This document shows positions 29,123-39,133 of a stretch of DNA of 64,000 bases, in pieces. Position numbers and translations under genes: made by a program. This DNA is from an uncultured delta proteobacterium. Its GTDB lineage: Bacteria; Desulfobacterota; Desulfobaccia; Desulfobaccales; 0-14-0-80-60-11. The stretch spans positions 864,001 through 928,000 of the forward strand of contig CAWETI010000003.1 of the NCBI GenBank assembly GCA_963812015.1, written 5' to 3'. How positions within the stretch are numbered: position 1 is the stretch's first letter; each line of letters begins with the position of its first letter. The notes beneath the pieces were generated by a model that saw only the letters and a program-made list of their open reading frames with translations, had not been told where the DNA came from and made no database searches.

Positions 29123-29455
29123 CTACAAAATTTCCCGGGCCACCTCTGCTCCGCCGCTTGTTAGGGCTACCACCGTCGTGGCGCGCCCGGCCACGCTCAC
29201 GCCCTTGTACGTCTGCACCAGGTGCCGACGCCGCAGCCCCCTTAGGCTCCTGGAGAGGCCGGCGTAGGCCTTGTTATATCCTGCCTCTGCGAATAATCTT
29301 TCTAAGATACCCTTAATTCTCAACATCCCCCCGCCATCCATGAGCGCCTGCAAAATACGCATTTGCGATCGTCCAATCCCTCTACTCACGCCAGCCCCCC
29401 CGTTACCCTTTATGTTAATACCACCAGGACGAAACCAATTGCGCTTCATTAACAC
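29123..29455 (-). CDS. Small basic winged-helix-like protein
   Basis: QMRILQAL...LSRSLRGLRRRHLV...VALT..G pattern. Confidence 0.5.
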   Translation of the reverse strand: MLMKRNWFRPGGINIKGNGGAGVSRGIGRSQMRILQALMDGGGMLRIKGILERLFAEAGYNKAYAGLSRSLRGLRRRHLVQTYKGVSVAGRATTVVALTSGGAEVAREIL

Positions 29456-29682
29456 TTATTCTAAGCGACCACTTTGTTACCACAAACATTATCCGAAGCG
29501 GAGAGAGAAAAACTTTGAGCCCCTATGAAGGGGAAGTTGCGAAGCCTTTAAAAAACGCTTTCCACGGTGAAGAAAGTTTGTGCTTAATTAACCTTTAAAA
29601 AGGTATGGTCTATCCCTGGGGATCGAGGTCCCCCCCGGCCCTTGCAAAGTCAGGGGGGACGACCTATTGCCGACTACAGGGA

Positions 29683-30051
29683 TTAAGTGTTTTTAGCTTT
29701 TCTCATCTCGAAATAGGCCTTTTCATCGAGGTTGACGCATTCAAAGCATTCCATACTTCCATGCATATTGGGTGAAGTGTAGTTACGACTAATCATTTCG
29801 GAAGCCTTGTCTTCCCCATACTTCTGGGTAAGCCGCTCCCTAACTTTTTTAAACCGCTTCTCAGCTTTTTGGTAAGCACCCCTGCATTCCTCGATAAGCC
29901 TGATGTCTTCCTCATCGGAAGGAGTATCAGGTCTCCAAAAGCCAAACAAACGAGCTTCATAGGTTCGGTCTTCATCGGTGAAGATTCGGAGCTCCTCCCA
30001 AGCTTTGCCGCAACAATCGCATCCCCAATACTTTTTTTCCTGTATTTCCAT
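29683..30051 (-). CDS. Hypothetical protein with two CxxC-type motifs
   Basis: AAGGAG RBS; CDCC and CFEC motifs. Confidence 0.55.
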   Translation of the reverse strand: MEIQEKKYWGCDCCGKAWEELRIFTDEDRTYEARLFGFWRPDTPSDEEDIRLIEECRGAYQKAEKRFKKVRERLTQKYGEDKASEMISRNYTSPNMHGSMECFECVNLDEKAYFEMRKAKNT

Positions 30052-30156
30052 GATATTACTCCTTTTAAAGTGGTTTGAAAGCCTGAACTCCTAAATGGCG
30101 GGCCATTGAGAAAAGCCAGCCACATCCAACCCAGCATCTTTTCCCTCTAAGCTCCA

Positions 30157-30411
30157 TTACCCATCCCCGCGGCGAAATTCTTCGCAGGTCGGACTACCCA
30201 CCACCAAGTGCTCCATCTGGCGATGGCACCATGCGCCAAAGTCGGGGTCATGGTTACATGGATTCGATGCATACCAATGGCACGCCGCCGCACAGCTCAC
30301 CGGGCGCGACGGAGGGCTGGCCTGGGGCCCCCTGGAATAATGTTTAGCGACTTTAGCGGGTTTAGCAGGGGGTGGGTCCTCAAAATCAAATTTCGGCACC
30401 CTGGAAGACAT
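30157..30411 (-). CDS. Small Cys-rich hypothetical protein overlapping the primase 3' end
   Basis: CAAACHW...C...C...C pattern. Confidence 0.4.
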   Translation of the reverse strand: MSSRVPKFDFEDPPPAKPAKVAKHYSRGPQASPPSRPVSCAAACHWYASNPCNHDPDFGAWCHRQMEHLVVGSPTCEEFRRGDG

Positions 30412-32950
30412 AGGGGCTCACCTCCCAGACTTGGCGGCGCTTTTTGCCGCCGACTTCCGCGCCACCCTCTACCGGCTTAACCCATAGGTGGTCGCTGAGA
30501 ATTTGCATAACCTTAATGGCGGTGGCCTTATCCCGCACAGCATTCGGCCCCATCTGGTAAATGTCCGGCAGAGAAATCAAGCTCTTTTCAGATCCTTCAC
30601 GGGTCCGAAGCCATGCTAATGCCTTCTCGGCAACCAATAAATCAGGGTTGGTCTTAGCAGTATGGAATATTCGCAGGGCTTCGGTGAGATAGAACTGGGC
30701 CAGGATAATGCCATTCTTCAGGTGTTGGAGGGTAATAGCTGGGCCATTCAGGTCATCCACCAAGGCCAGCGTACCGGCTAATCTCAATGCGTGTTCTGCG
30801 GCTTTGGCGGCGATACTGGATATGGGCCGGAACATGCCATCGGGGCGCAGGTGCTCTTGAATCCAATCATGGAAACGAACCCATACAGCTTTTGCTTCCG
30901 GGGCCACCGGAAGGTGCCGAGGCGTCAGCTCGTTAGTCGGCTGCCCGGTAACCGGATCGGTCTTGCGGGGAAGCGAAGTTTGGATGATGGTGGTGATTTG
31001 GGTACAATACCGCCCGTAGGCCGGTTCCCGAGTCAGGTCTTGGGAAGAGTATGTCTGCTCTCCAAGCATACTCTCTGGGATGACAATGTGGCACCGTGAC
31101 AAAAAGCCTTGCTCATGTGCCAAAGGGTCCGCCAGAATGGTCTCCGCCACCACGGGTTGCATGAGCAGGTGGGCGCTCAGCCGGCGGCTATAGAGGGTGA
31201 AGGATTTATCCCCGGAGCGGGTCCGGATTATAGGGCAGCCATCCCAAATTTCGGAGAGTCCAGCCAGAGTCTTAAGGCGGTGGTCCTGTGACATGGCGAA
31301 CCCGCCGAAAAATCGACCGCCCTCTGAAGAGAACAGCCCCACTGAGGGCCAGCCAATATCAAACAATTTGGCCAGCCCCTCGTAGGTGGGTTCTTGGGTT
31401 GTAAGTTGTGGGATGAGTGGCACCGTGGGGGGGGATGGCAATGCCTCCACCGCTTCCCTGCGGGCCTCCGTCCCTTTGGTCCTCAAAGCCGTGGAGCGAA
31501 AGCTCTCCCAGAGCCCAGCCTCTGACTCGTATTTGGCCAGCTCGATTTTATATGACTCGTTCAGCTCCCGTTGGTGCGCGTCCACCGGCACCAGGGCCGC
31601 CCGGTCTGCGGCGGTCTTGCGATCGCCGGAGAGTGCGATGGACAGAAAATATTCAGCGACAGGGAAGGTCCGGCCGTCAATCGTCACATCGGCGAATCCC
31701 TGGACTGCCAGGTTGGCAGTGGCTAAAACCGATTGTCCGCATACCGCCAGGGGGGCTTTGATGTTCAGGTGCATAGCCTTGGCAGCTTCTCCCAGGATCA
31801 TCCCCAAGGCCTCCACCGGGAAGGGTTCCCCGGGTTCCTGTTTGCGACGCAGTGGTTCGGGTTCAGGCCAATCCCCACCGGACGCCCCAGGTTCTCCGTA
31901 ACCCTCCTTCCACAGTTCCCGGGCGGCGGCTGAGTAATCTCCGGCGTGCTCCAATAGCCCATAGACACTAAAGGGTGAGTAGGCTTTGCCGGCCTCAAAC
32001 GGTGGGGCATTCTGTGTGAACACATAGAAAATTTTGCCATCAATCAAACTGGCGGATTGCCCCCGAGTCTTACCGGGCCGCCGCCAGTGCTGATAATCGC
32101 CGGCTTCTCGGGCTCTTGTCCACCGGTGTTTCTCGAGAAGCGCAACCACATCCCCTCTTTCATTGAAGGCATCGCCTGGCCGTTCCGTCCCTTTGGGCCG
32201 CCTGTGCCCTGTGCCCTCGATTTTGGCCGAGTCAACATACTCGTTGAGCGCCAAGGCTGCATTAATCAATATTTGGCGCTCTTCGGCGGTGATAATGGGG
32301 ACAGCGGTGAAATCACCTTGCAGCAGCTCGTAACCTGGAGAGGGAGCCGACAGGAACTGTCCCCCTTCACCCCTGGTTTCAATCATCGTCATTATGACCA
32401 CGAAGTTACCGTCAACCAGTCTTGGCACATGATGTTTACCTGCTATCTTAATGCTCATAGACGGGAGCACCTTCCTGACTGCCCCCTGGTCGGCAAGGTC
32501 AATTTTAGAATCCCGCAAGCACACCAGGACTTGGTCAGTAACATCCTTGGCCCGCATCGCCAGCTTCAGGTTGCCGGGAATCGTGACCTCTGTACACCGG
32601 TAGACCACATGGAGGCCGGAGTTTTGGGTCCTCTCCCGAATCAATCGTTTGGGTAAATCAAGCGAATCCTGGTTCACCAAGGCAGCCCAGGCGTCATAGA
32701 GCTCAGCGAGGTGATCGAAATCCAGCATTTCCAGGTGGCCGGAAACCTTGCCGGTGACAATGCCGATGCTCTTATCGGGCTTCTGGAACCATCGCCGGAT
32801 TTCCGAGATGGTTGGTAGCCGTCGTTGAAAAATCTTCCATTCCTGAAGGGCCGGTGCCTTGGTCTCCTTCACCGTCGGGATTACCGATAGACCGGCAGCG
32901 ACATACTCCAGGGCCTTCTGGAATACGAGGTTATCTTGGGGTCTGGTCAT
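30386..32950 (-). CDS. Bifunctional primase-polymerase fused to a DUF3987/YfjI-type helicase
   Basis: GLSVIP, IGIVTG...LDFD, T..GLH, ETRGEGG; C-terminal SGDRKT, PTYEGL, SSEGG, GFLSR motifs. Confidence 0.88.
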   Translation of the reverse strand: MTRPQDNLVFQKALEYVAAGLSVIPTVKETKAPALQEWKIFQRRLPTISEIRRWFQKPDKSIGIVTGKVSGHLEMLDFDHLAELYDAWAALVNQDSLDLPKRLIRERTQNSGLHVVYRCTEVTIPGNLKLAMRAKDVTDQVLVCLRDSKIDLADQGAVRKVLPSMSIKIAGKHHVPRLVDGNFVVIMTMIETRGEGGQFLSAPSPGYELLQGDFTAVPIITAEERQILINAALALNEYVDSAKIEGTGHRRPKGTERPGDAFNERGDVVALLEKHRWTRAREAGDYQHWRRPGKTRGQSASLIDGKIFYVFTQNAPPFEAGKAYSPFSVYGLLEHAGDYSAAARELWKEGYGEPGASGGDWPEPEPLRRKQEPGEPFPVEALGMILGEAAKAMHLNIKAPLAVCGQSVLATANLAVQGFADVTIDGRTFPVAEYFLSIALSGDRKTAADRAALVPVDAHQRELNESYKIELAKYESEAGLWESFRSTALRTKGTEARREAVEALPSPPTVPLIPQLTTQEPTYEGLAKLFDIGWPSVGLFSSEGGRFFGGFAMSQDHRLKTLAGLSEIWDGCPIIRTRSGDKSFTLYSRRLSAHLLMQPVVAETILADPLAHEQGFLSRCHIVIPESMLGEQTYSSQDLTREPAYGRYCTQITTIIQTSLPRKTDPVTGQPTNELTPRHLPVAPEAKAVWVRFHDWIQEHLRPDGMFRPISSIAAKAAEHALRLAGTLALVDDLNGPAITLQHLKNGIILAQFYLTEALRIFHTAKTNPDLLVAEKALAWLRTREGSEKSLISLPDIYQMGPNAVRDKATAIKVMQILSDHLWVKPVEGGAEVGGKKRRQVWEVSPYVFQGAEI

Positions 32951-33068
32951 GGTGCTCCCCTTGGAATAGGGGGATTGTTGGTCTGATCGAAATTATGACC
33001 TTGGAGTGACTGTTCGGCATCGTTGGCCTCTTGTCGAAAGGAACATCTATCCCCACAAACCAGAGGCG

Positions 33069-33254
33069 TTAGTTCTCATCCTGTTGCCTCTCCAACCAGT
33101 CGAGCACCGCTGCCAGGCGAAAGCGAAGATACTTTCCCACCCTCAAGCGGGGCAAGGCTCCTGGCCCCACCAGCCTAGTGCGGGAATAAATCCATGACTT
33201 GGGGACCTTCAGTCGTTCCGCCAGTTCGTCGATGTTCAGAAGATCATTATCCAT
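33069..33254 (-). CDS. Excisionase-like HTH_17 protein
   Basis: LLNIDELAERLKVPKSWIY...LP..RVGKYLRF. Confidence 0.85.
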   Translation of the reverse strand: MDNDLLNIDELAERLKVPKSWIYSRTRLVGPGALPRLRVGKYLRFRLAAVLDWLERQQDEN

Positions 33255-33284
33255 CTGAAAATTCCTTTCTTATTGGCAGGATTA

Positions 33285-33467
33285 TTAAAGCGCCTGTTGC
33301 AGGTCCTCAATAGATAGGCCCAAAACCTTTGCCAATGCCTCAATGTCTTTTTGTGAAGGAGTACGCCTCCCGGTAACAAACCGAGATAATTTCGCTTCCG
33401 GCCAGTTCAATTCCCGGCAAATTTCCCACTGAGATTTGCCATTTTTATAGATAAGGGTCTTTAGCAT
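33285..33467 (-). CDS. XRE/Cro-like HTH regulator
   Basis: SQ.EI...L.....LSR...GRRTPS.....LAKVLG pattern. Confidence 0.8.
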   Translation of the reverse strand: MLKTLIYKNGKSQWEICRELNWPEAKLSRFVTGRRTPSQKDIEALAKVLGLSIEDLQQAL

Positions 33468-33528
33468 AGGTTTTATAGACCTCCATTAGTAATTAGATAA
33501 TCTATTATCTAATTAATATTAAAAAAAA

Positions 33529-34074
33529 TTATACTTGCATTATTAAGGAATCCACAAATTCTTTGATAGTTGCCAGCTTAATAACAATTGTAATACCAGC
33601 ATGTTCTCGTAATGTGACCTCGCCTTTCTCGACCAAAAACGGGTGCCAATTAATAGTCTTGAATCCCATCGATTCATCATCCATCCATGATGTATCTATC
33701 CATGTAAATATTTTCTCTATGACAAGCAACTTGTCCATCTGCGCAGAAACATTGGCTAATGGCCGTTTGTCCAGTTCGCTCATCCTTATACCGAAACAGA
33801 AATTCTGAGCCATCGTCTCCCTGATTACTGGAATTGAGATATTAAGGTCCGATAGTTGCTCTACCAGACCAATCTGATAGAGATTGGCCAGTTCATATTG
33901 CCGGTGAATCCCTCTTCCATCGGTAAATTCGTAAATCCAGCCATAAAGCTGCATTATTCCCCACCACCTTAGGGTCTTAGCTGGGATATGACCAAAAAGT
34001 TTGTTAACTTCCTTTTGTGTAAAGATCTTCTTTGGTTCGTCCATATGCGTCATCCCTGATAATAGATAATCCAT
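33529..34074 (-). CDS. MerR-like HTH protein
   Basis: FTQKEV...IPAKTLRWW...GRG.HRQY...L...L.I pattern. Confidence 0.6.
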   Translation of the reverse strand: MDYLLSGMTHMDEPKKIFTQKEVNKLFGHIPAKTLRWWGIMQLYGWIYEFTDGRGIHRQYELANLYQIGLVEQLSDLNISIPVIRETMAQNFCFGIRMSELDKRPLANVSAQMDKLLVIEKIFTWIDTSWMDDESMGFKTINWHPFLVEKGEVTLREHAGITIVIKLATIKEFVDSLIMQV

Positions 34075-34381
34075 TAACCATTATATTTTGTCAAGAAAAA
34101 TATTTTGCCAAATTCTGATCTATCGGAAATTAATCCGATGTCATGGTGGCTGGTCCGGACGAAGCGTCCAGGGAAATCCCTTCGTCTAGAGGCTTCCCCT
34201 ATCCCCTGAAACTCTCAATTCATGTGGTTTTCCATGTCATTTTTTAGTGCCCAAATGGTGCCCACAACACCCAAAACCAGGAGAAAAAGCCAAGGACCAT
34301 GCAAAAATATATCAGTATATTCGTCTTATATTTTTGCATGTTAGTGGCTAATAGTTGATTTCGATAGAAGTTCCCTTCACA

Positions 34382-34426
34382 CTCACACGGTGGAAGTCAC
34401 TGGTTCAAATCCAGTACCGCCTACCA
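34382..34426 (+). other. 3' half of tRNA-Val(CAC), probable attR of an integrated island
   Basis: CTCACAC-GGTGG-AAGTC-ACTGGTTCAAATCCAGT-ACCGCCT-ACCA; no D-arm or 5' acceptor strand upstream. Confidence 0.8.
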
Positions 34427-34436
34427 TGAAAATTCA

Positions 34437-34470
34437 AGGGGTTACGGTTCAGGCCGGAACCCCTTTTTCT
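34437..34470 (+). terminator. Intrinsic terminator of the original tRNA-Val gene
   Basis: AAGGGGTTACGG...CCGGAACCCCTT followed by a T run. Confidence 0.7.
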
Positions 34471-34640
34471 TTCCTGCCGTCAAGTTACCACCATTTTCCC
34501 TCACATGTCAGGCGCCAACCGGCCGCCGGCCTCTGGATTGGTGAGCTGCATCCGGCGGAACCCCAGGGTAGCCTGGGCGGCTAAGTCAAAATTCAAGTCT
34601 TATCACCTCTATGCCGAAAACACCGGTATGGAGGCTGTCC

Positions 34641-34928
34641 ATGAAAACCGGGTATGGATTTATCCAGCGGATGCAGAAAGATGAGCTGTTCCGCCGGCGG
34701 GTGAAAGGCTACCCGAGCGGCGAGGAACGCCTGGCGTTTTTACAACGCGAAGGATATGATTTTAGCCCGTTCATTCAAATTATCAATAACTTATCCTCAG
34801 GGCAATGGCCCACGGGCGGGGCAGGGCAGGCCGGCGGGAGTGCCACCCCCGTCAAGAGCCGCTCAGGTTTCTTGGGCCGTATCAGTCAAATATTTCGCCC
34901 CTCCAAATCATTCCATCCAGAACGGTAG
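34641..34928 (+). CDS. Nif11-like leader peptide family protein
   Basis: FIQRMQKDELFRRRV...EERLAFLQREGYDFS; GGAGG RBS. Confidence 0.6.
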   Translation: MKTGYGFIQRMQKDELFRRRVKGYPSGEERLAFLQREGYDFSPFIQIINNLSSGQWPTGGAGQAGGSATPVKSRSGFLGRISQIFRPSKSFHPER

Positions 34929-35026
34929 CCTTTCTTTCGGAGTCGGGGCAAGCAGGCGGTGGGCAGGCGCCGGTTTGGTTGCGGCTTGAAGGCGGGGACA
35001 AGGCGCGGGGCCGGATGGCAGGGGGG

Positions 35027-36148
35027 TCAGGCCATGGCGGCCCGGGTCTTCATGGCGTCGGCTTCGCGGCGGCGGCCGGTCTCCTGTAAGAATATGGCAT
35101 AATTTTGCCACAGGTTGATCACCTCAGGGGCCCGGGAGTTCCGATGGCCGTCACAAATCTCCAGGGCCCACAGATAAAAGGCTTCGGCCTCAGCATACCG
35201 ACCCTGGGTATGGCGCAGGACGCCAAGATTATTGAGAGTTTGAGCCAGGTCTAGGTGTTCCGGCCCCAGTAATTTTTGCTGGATTCTTAATACTTGCTCG
35301 AGCATATATTCGGTTTCGTGGAATTCTCCGAAGACGTAAGAGAGTTCGGCGGCGGCTTTCAAATAAGTGAGATTAGACGGCCATAAGTCGGCGGCTTGCT
35401 GGTAATATTGCGCCGCGGTGAAATAATTGAAGTTGGTTTCCTCCAACTGGCCGAGGAGAAACGCGGCCCGGGCGGCCAGCTTCTTATCCCGGGCCGCAGT
35501 CAGCTGGGAACCAGCGGTCTCGGCCAGGCGCTGATTGATCAAGAAGCGGGCGCGGTGCAACAGGGCCGTGGCCTTGCCGGTTTCGCCGAACTTTAAGGCC
35601 ATCCGGGCCAGAGAGAGCTGGTCCGGGGCCACCAGGTCTTTAAAGTCATTCAGCAGCCGGTAAATGTTCTGGTGGCAGTCCAGGATTTCATGGTGCGTGG
35701 CCGAAAGATTCGCCAGCTTGGTGGCAATTCTTCCCCGGAAATTCTCCAGCACCGCCTGCAGGTCAAAGTCCAGCCGCATTCTCTCGCAATCCTCGCGCAG
35801 TGCTGCTTGCCGGCGGATGAGGGTGTCTTTAAGGTGATCCAGGTCAAGTTCAAAATCATCGGCTCCTTCCTCCCGGGGTGCACCGGGGGGCGCATATTTC
35901 TGCCGGGTGAGCCGGGATATCGTCCGCCGGTTGAGATAGGCGGATACGGTGCAAGTGATGACCCCCACCATCACCCCGCCGACCCAGATGATCCAAAGGC
36001 AGGTGAGGATGTCCGTGAGGTTCTTGTGGGCCAGATCGATTATGGCATAGAGGATATCCATAAGTGCCCCCATCCTCTCTGGTTTGACTGAACGAGTTGC
36101 TCGGCGATAGGGCCGACTGGCCAGTATGGCAATGAGAGAGGTTGCCAT
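35027..36148 (-). CDS. Membrane-anchored tetratricopeptide repeat protein
   Basis: TM segment, coiled coil, kinesin-light-chain-type TPRs (LGPEHLDLAQTLNNLG). Confidence 0.8.
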   Translation of the reverse strand: MATSLIAILASRPYRRATRSVKPERMGALMDILYAIIDLAHKNLTDILTCLWIIWVGGVMVGVITCTVSAYLNRRTISRLTRQKYAPPGAPREEGADDFELDLDHLKDTLIRRQAALREDCERMRLDFDLQAVLENFRGRIATKLANLSATHHEILDCHQNIYRLLNDFKDLVAPDQLSLARMALKFGETGKATALLHRARFLINQRLAETAGSQLTAARDKKLAARAAFLLGQLEETNFNYFTAAQYYQQAADLWPSNLTYLKAAAELSYVFGEFHETEYMLEQVLRIQQKLLGPEHLDLAQTLNNLGVLRHTQGRYAEAEAFYLWALEICDGHRNSRAPEVINLWQNYAIFLQETGRRREADAMKTRAAMA

Positions 36149-36626
36149 ACGACACTGGACTGATGCAATAAATAGTTTAAAAAAAAGTTAAATACAATTA
36201 GGGAAAAGCTAATTCTGAGGTTCCAAATCCATAAATTACGCCTGGGAATTGGCTTCCCGGCAAGGGAGCCGGGGAAGATGGCCAGCAGGCCCGTGCGACG
36301 GGATAAAATTTCGTATCCGAGCCGCCGTTCTTGTTTGCCTAAAATTCATAAGCTTGTGCTAAAATACGACTTGACCGATCCTGGCGCACTCAGGGCGGCG
36401 AACCATGGGTTTCTCTGACCGCTAACTTCGGCGGCCGGTGGATCAGGAACGCCCAGGTGGGGATGCCCCGGGGTTTTGCTCTTTACCGCAGCCGCCCGCC
36501 TGGCCCGGGTCACGCAAGTTTTCGTTATATCGCCCAAGGTTCCGTTAGGAGGTTGTTGGCGCTGAAATCTTGGCCGAGTGAAGACAGAAGGGCAGGGGGG
36601 CCCACCCCGCCCGCAAGGAGGATATC

Positions 36627-37418
36627 ATGATCAGCCACCTGCTCATCCTGGTAATCATGGCGCTGAGCCTGGGGGCGAGTCCGGCTACAGCCGGACAGAA
36701 CCCCCCAACGTTAATGAGATTAAAGCAAGCGGTGGCTGCCAATCCGCAAGACCCTCAGGCCCACTACTCCTTGGGGTTGAAATACGAGAGCCTGGGGAAA
36801 ACGAAGCAAGCCATCGGGGAGTACCAGAAGGTCCTCAGCCTTAAACCGGATGATGCAAAGGCCCTCTATAGCCTGGGGCGTTTAATGGGTGAGCTCGGTG
36901 ATTTTGGCGAGTCTATCGAGATCCTCAAAAAGGCGGTGAAACTCAATCCGGATTTTGCGGCAGCCCGGAGCCTGATGGCGGCGGAATACAATCGGCAGGC
37001 GGTGGCGTTCATGGCCCAGGGCAACCTGGACGCGGCCAAGGAGGCCTTAACGGCCGGCATCGGGGCTAAAGGGGGGGCCGCCGAGACCGAGGCCCTGCGC
37101 AATAATTTGGGGGCCCTTTATGTCCGGGAGAACCGGTTGGACCAGGCGATTAAAACCTTCCAGGAAGTGCTCAGCCAAAACCCCAACGTTCCCCAGGCGC
37201 ACTACAATCTGGCTCTCATTTACTATAGCCAGGGGGACTACCAGTCGGCCTCGCAGCAATTTTTTGCTTTGAAGGGCATCGACCGCGCTATGGCCGGGGA
37301 GCTCTCGGATTATCGCTTCAGGATTGAAAAATCCCCTGATTATCCGGTCAAAACCATGCTCACGTTTCCGGGCAGTCCTCTGTTAACCGAGGGAAGCATA
37401 CCGCCGGGATTCAAGTAG
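36627..37418 (+). CDS. Exported TPR protein
   Basis: Signal peptide and repeated A.Y.LG / NNLG TPR motifs. Confidence 0.85.
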   Translation: MISHLLILVIMALSLGASPATAGQNPPTLMRLKQAVAANPQDPQAHYSLGLKYESLGKTKQAIGEYQKVLSLKPDDAKALYSLGRLMGELGDFGESIEILKKAVKLNPDFAAARSLMAAEYNRQAVAFMAQGNLDAAKEALTAGIGAKGGAAETEALRNNLGALYVRENRLDQAIKTFQEVLSQNPNVPQAHYNLALIYYSQGDYQSASQQFFALKGIDRAMAGELSDYRFRIEKSPDYPVKTMLTFPGSPLLTEGSIPPGFK

Positions 37419-37687
37419 CAAGCAGATTTGACCAAATCCCTTGGGGCTCCGGCGCCGACGGCCCGGGACCTTTGGGGTGCGCAGCCGTAAGGCCCACTCA
37501 GCGCGGCATGGGTTCACGGGATTAATGCCGCCGGCGGCCCTTTGATCAACTGCCTCACCGGGCGCCGTCAACCCGCCTCCCCCGTCCAATCTTTCCCGTC
37601 AACCAGCCAAATCCCCATTTGACAAGTTAGGGGCTTTGGGATAAAAATTATAGGATATATCGCCCTGTTAGCCCTAAGGAGATCAGT

Positions 37688-38905
37688 ATGGCCATTGAAG
37701 AATTCCCCCGGATGAAACGTCTGCCTCCCTATGTCTTTGCCACGGTCAATGCCCTGAAGATGATGGCCCGACGCCGGGGGGAGGATATTATCGATTTGGG
37801 GATGGGCAACCCCGACCTGCCCACCCCGCAGCACATCGTCGACAAGCTCATCGAAGCCGCGGGCAAGGCCGCCAACCATCGCTACTCGGCCTCCAAAGGC
37901 ATTACCAGGCTGCGGGTGGCCATTTCCGACTGGTACAAGCGCCGGTTCGACGTGGATATCGATCCGGAGACCGAAGCCATCGCCACCATCGGCGCCAAGG
38001 AGGGCCTGTCCCACTTGGTGTTGGCCACGGTGGAGCCCGGGGACGTGGTGCTGGTGCCCAACCCCACCTATCCCATTCATTCCGCCTCCGTGGTCATCTC
38101 CGGCGGGCAGTTGGTGAGCATCCCCCTGGCCCATGACCGGGACTTTTTTGCCGATCTGGCCAACATTACCGAACTCATCCGGCCCCGGCCCACGATGCTC
38201 ATCATTTCGTTCCCTCACAACCCCACCACCCGGTGCGTGGATCTGGAGTTCTTTAAGCGCATCGTGGAGTATGCCCACAAGTACAACGTGTACATCATCC
38301 ACGACTTCGCCTACGCCGACCTGGTGTTCGATGACTATAAGGCCCCCAGTTTCCTCCAGGTGCCCGGGGCCAAAGAGGTGGGGGTGGAACTGTTCTCCCT
38401 GAGCAAGAGCTATAACATGCCCGGCTGGCGCATGGGGTTCGTGGTGGGCAACCAGCGCCTGGTCCACGCCCTGACCCGGATCAAGAGCTACCTGGATTAC
38501 GGGGTGTTCCAGCCCATTCAGATCGCCTCCATCATCGCCTTGAACGGCCCCTACGATTGTGTGGAAAAGACCGTGGCCGTCTATAAGGAGCGGCGGGACG
38601 CCCTGTGCCGGGGGCTCCACAACCTGGGCTGGCGGGTGGACCCGCCCAAGGGGACCATGTTCGTCTGGGCCCGCATCCCCCGGAAATTCCGGCACCTGGG
38701 CTCAGTGGAATTTGCCATGATGCTCATCCGGGAGGCCAAGGTGGCGGTGGCTCCGGGCCTGGGCTTCGGCGAGTTCGGCGATGAATACGTGCGCTTCGCC
38801 CTGGTGGAAAACGTCCACCGCACCAACCAGGCCGTCCGGGGCTTGAGAAAAGTACTGCGCATGAGCCTGGAAGAACTGGGCCTGCCGGCAGCGCCGGAGA
38901 AGTGA
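37688..38905 (+). CDS. alaC: Class I/II PLP aminotransferase (AlaC-like)
   Basis: [39 protein letters not shown] and IKSYLDYG motifs. Confidence 0.85.
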   Translation: MAIEEFPRMKRLPPYVFATVNALKMMARRRGEDIIDLGMGNPDLPTPQHIVDKLIEAAGKAANHRYSASKGITRLRVAISDWYKRRFDVDIDPETEAIATIGAKEGLSHLVLATVEPGDVVLVPNPTYPIHSASVVISGGQLVSIPLAHDRDFFADLANITELIRPRPTMLIISFPHNPTTRCVDLEFFKRIVEYAHKYNVYIIHDFAYADLVFDDYKAPSFLQVPGAKEVGVELFSLSKSYNMPGWRMGFVVGNQRLVHALTRIKSYLDYGVFQPIQIASIIALNGPYDCVEKTVAVYKERRDALCRGLHNLGWRVDPPKGTMFVWARIPRKFRHLGSVEFAMMLIREAKVAVAPGLGFGEFGDEYVRFALVENVHRTNQAVRGLRKVLRMSLEELGLPAAPEK

Positions 38906-38913
38906 GATTAACT

Positions 38914-38985
38914 TGAGGGGAGGACCGGGGGAAGGCAATTCCCCCGCCCTCCCCTTAAACTCCCCTCCCAGCCCCCTGTAAGGGG
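38914..38985. repeat. GC-rich palindromic intergenic repeat family (other copies ~45585-45641, 46690-46745, 51379-51430, 53477-53555, 55150-55221)
   Basis: TGAGGGGAGGACCGGGGGAAG..AATTCCCC(C)GCCCTCCCCTYAAACTCCCCTCCCA.CCCCCTG.AAGGGG is near-identical at 38914 and 55150 and inverted at 53477. Confidence 0.85.
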
Positions 38986-39104
38986 TTGGGGAGCAGTAGA
39001 GCTTTGCTTCCGGTTCCCAAACTGCAGTTTAAAATTATTTTGTCTAATGTGTTGGGTTTGGGGAGTGTAGAAAACCGCGTCCTGTCTGAGATCTGTTTAT
39101 TGAC

Positions 39105-39133
39105 ATTGGACAAATAGATATATTTTGTCTAAT
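39105..39133. other. 29-bp palindromic site at the left boundary of an AT-rich cassette
   Basis: ATTGGACAAA-N9-TTTGTCTAAT; an extra half-site lies at 39039-39048. Confidence 0.7.

Noticed and set aside
34382..34426. Complete tRNA-Val gene
   Set aside because: The 5' acceptor strand, D-arm and 5' anticodon stem are absent
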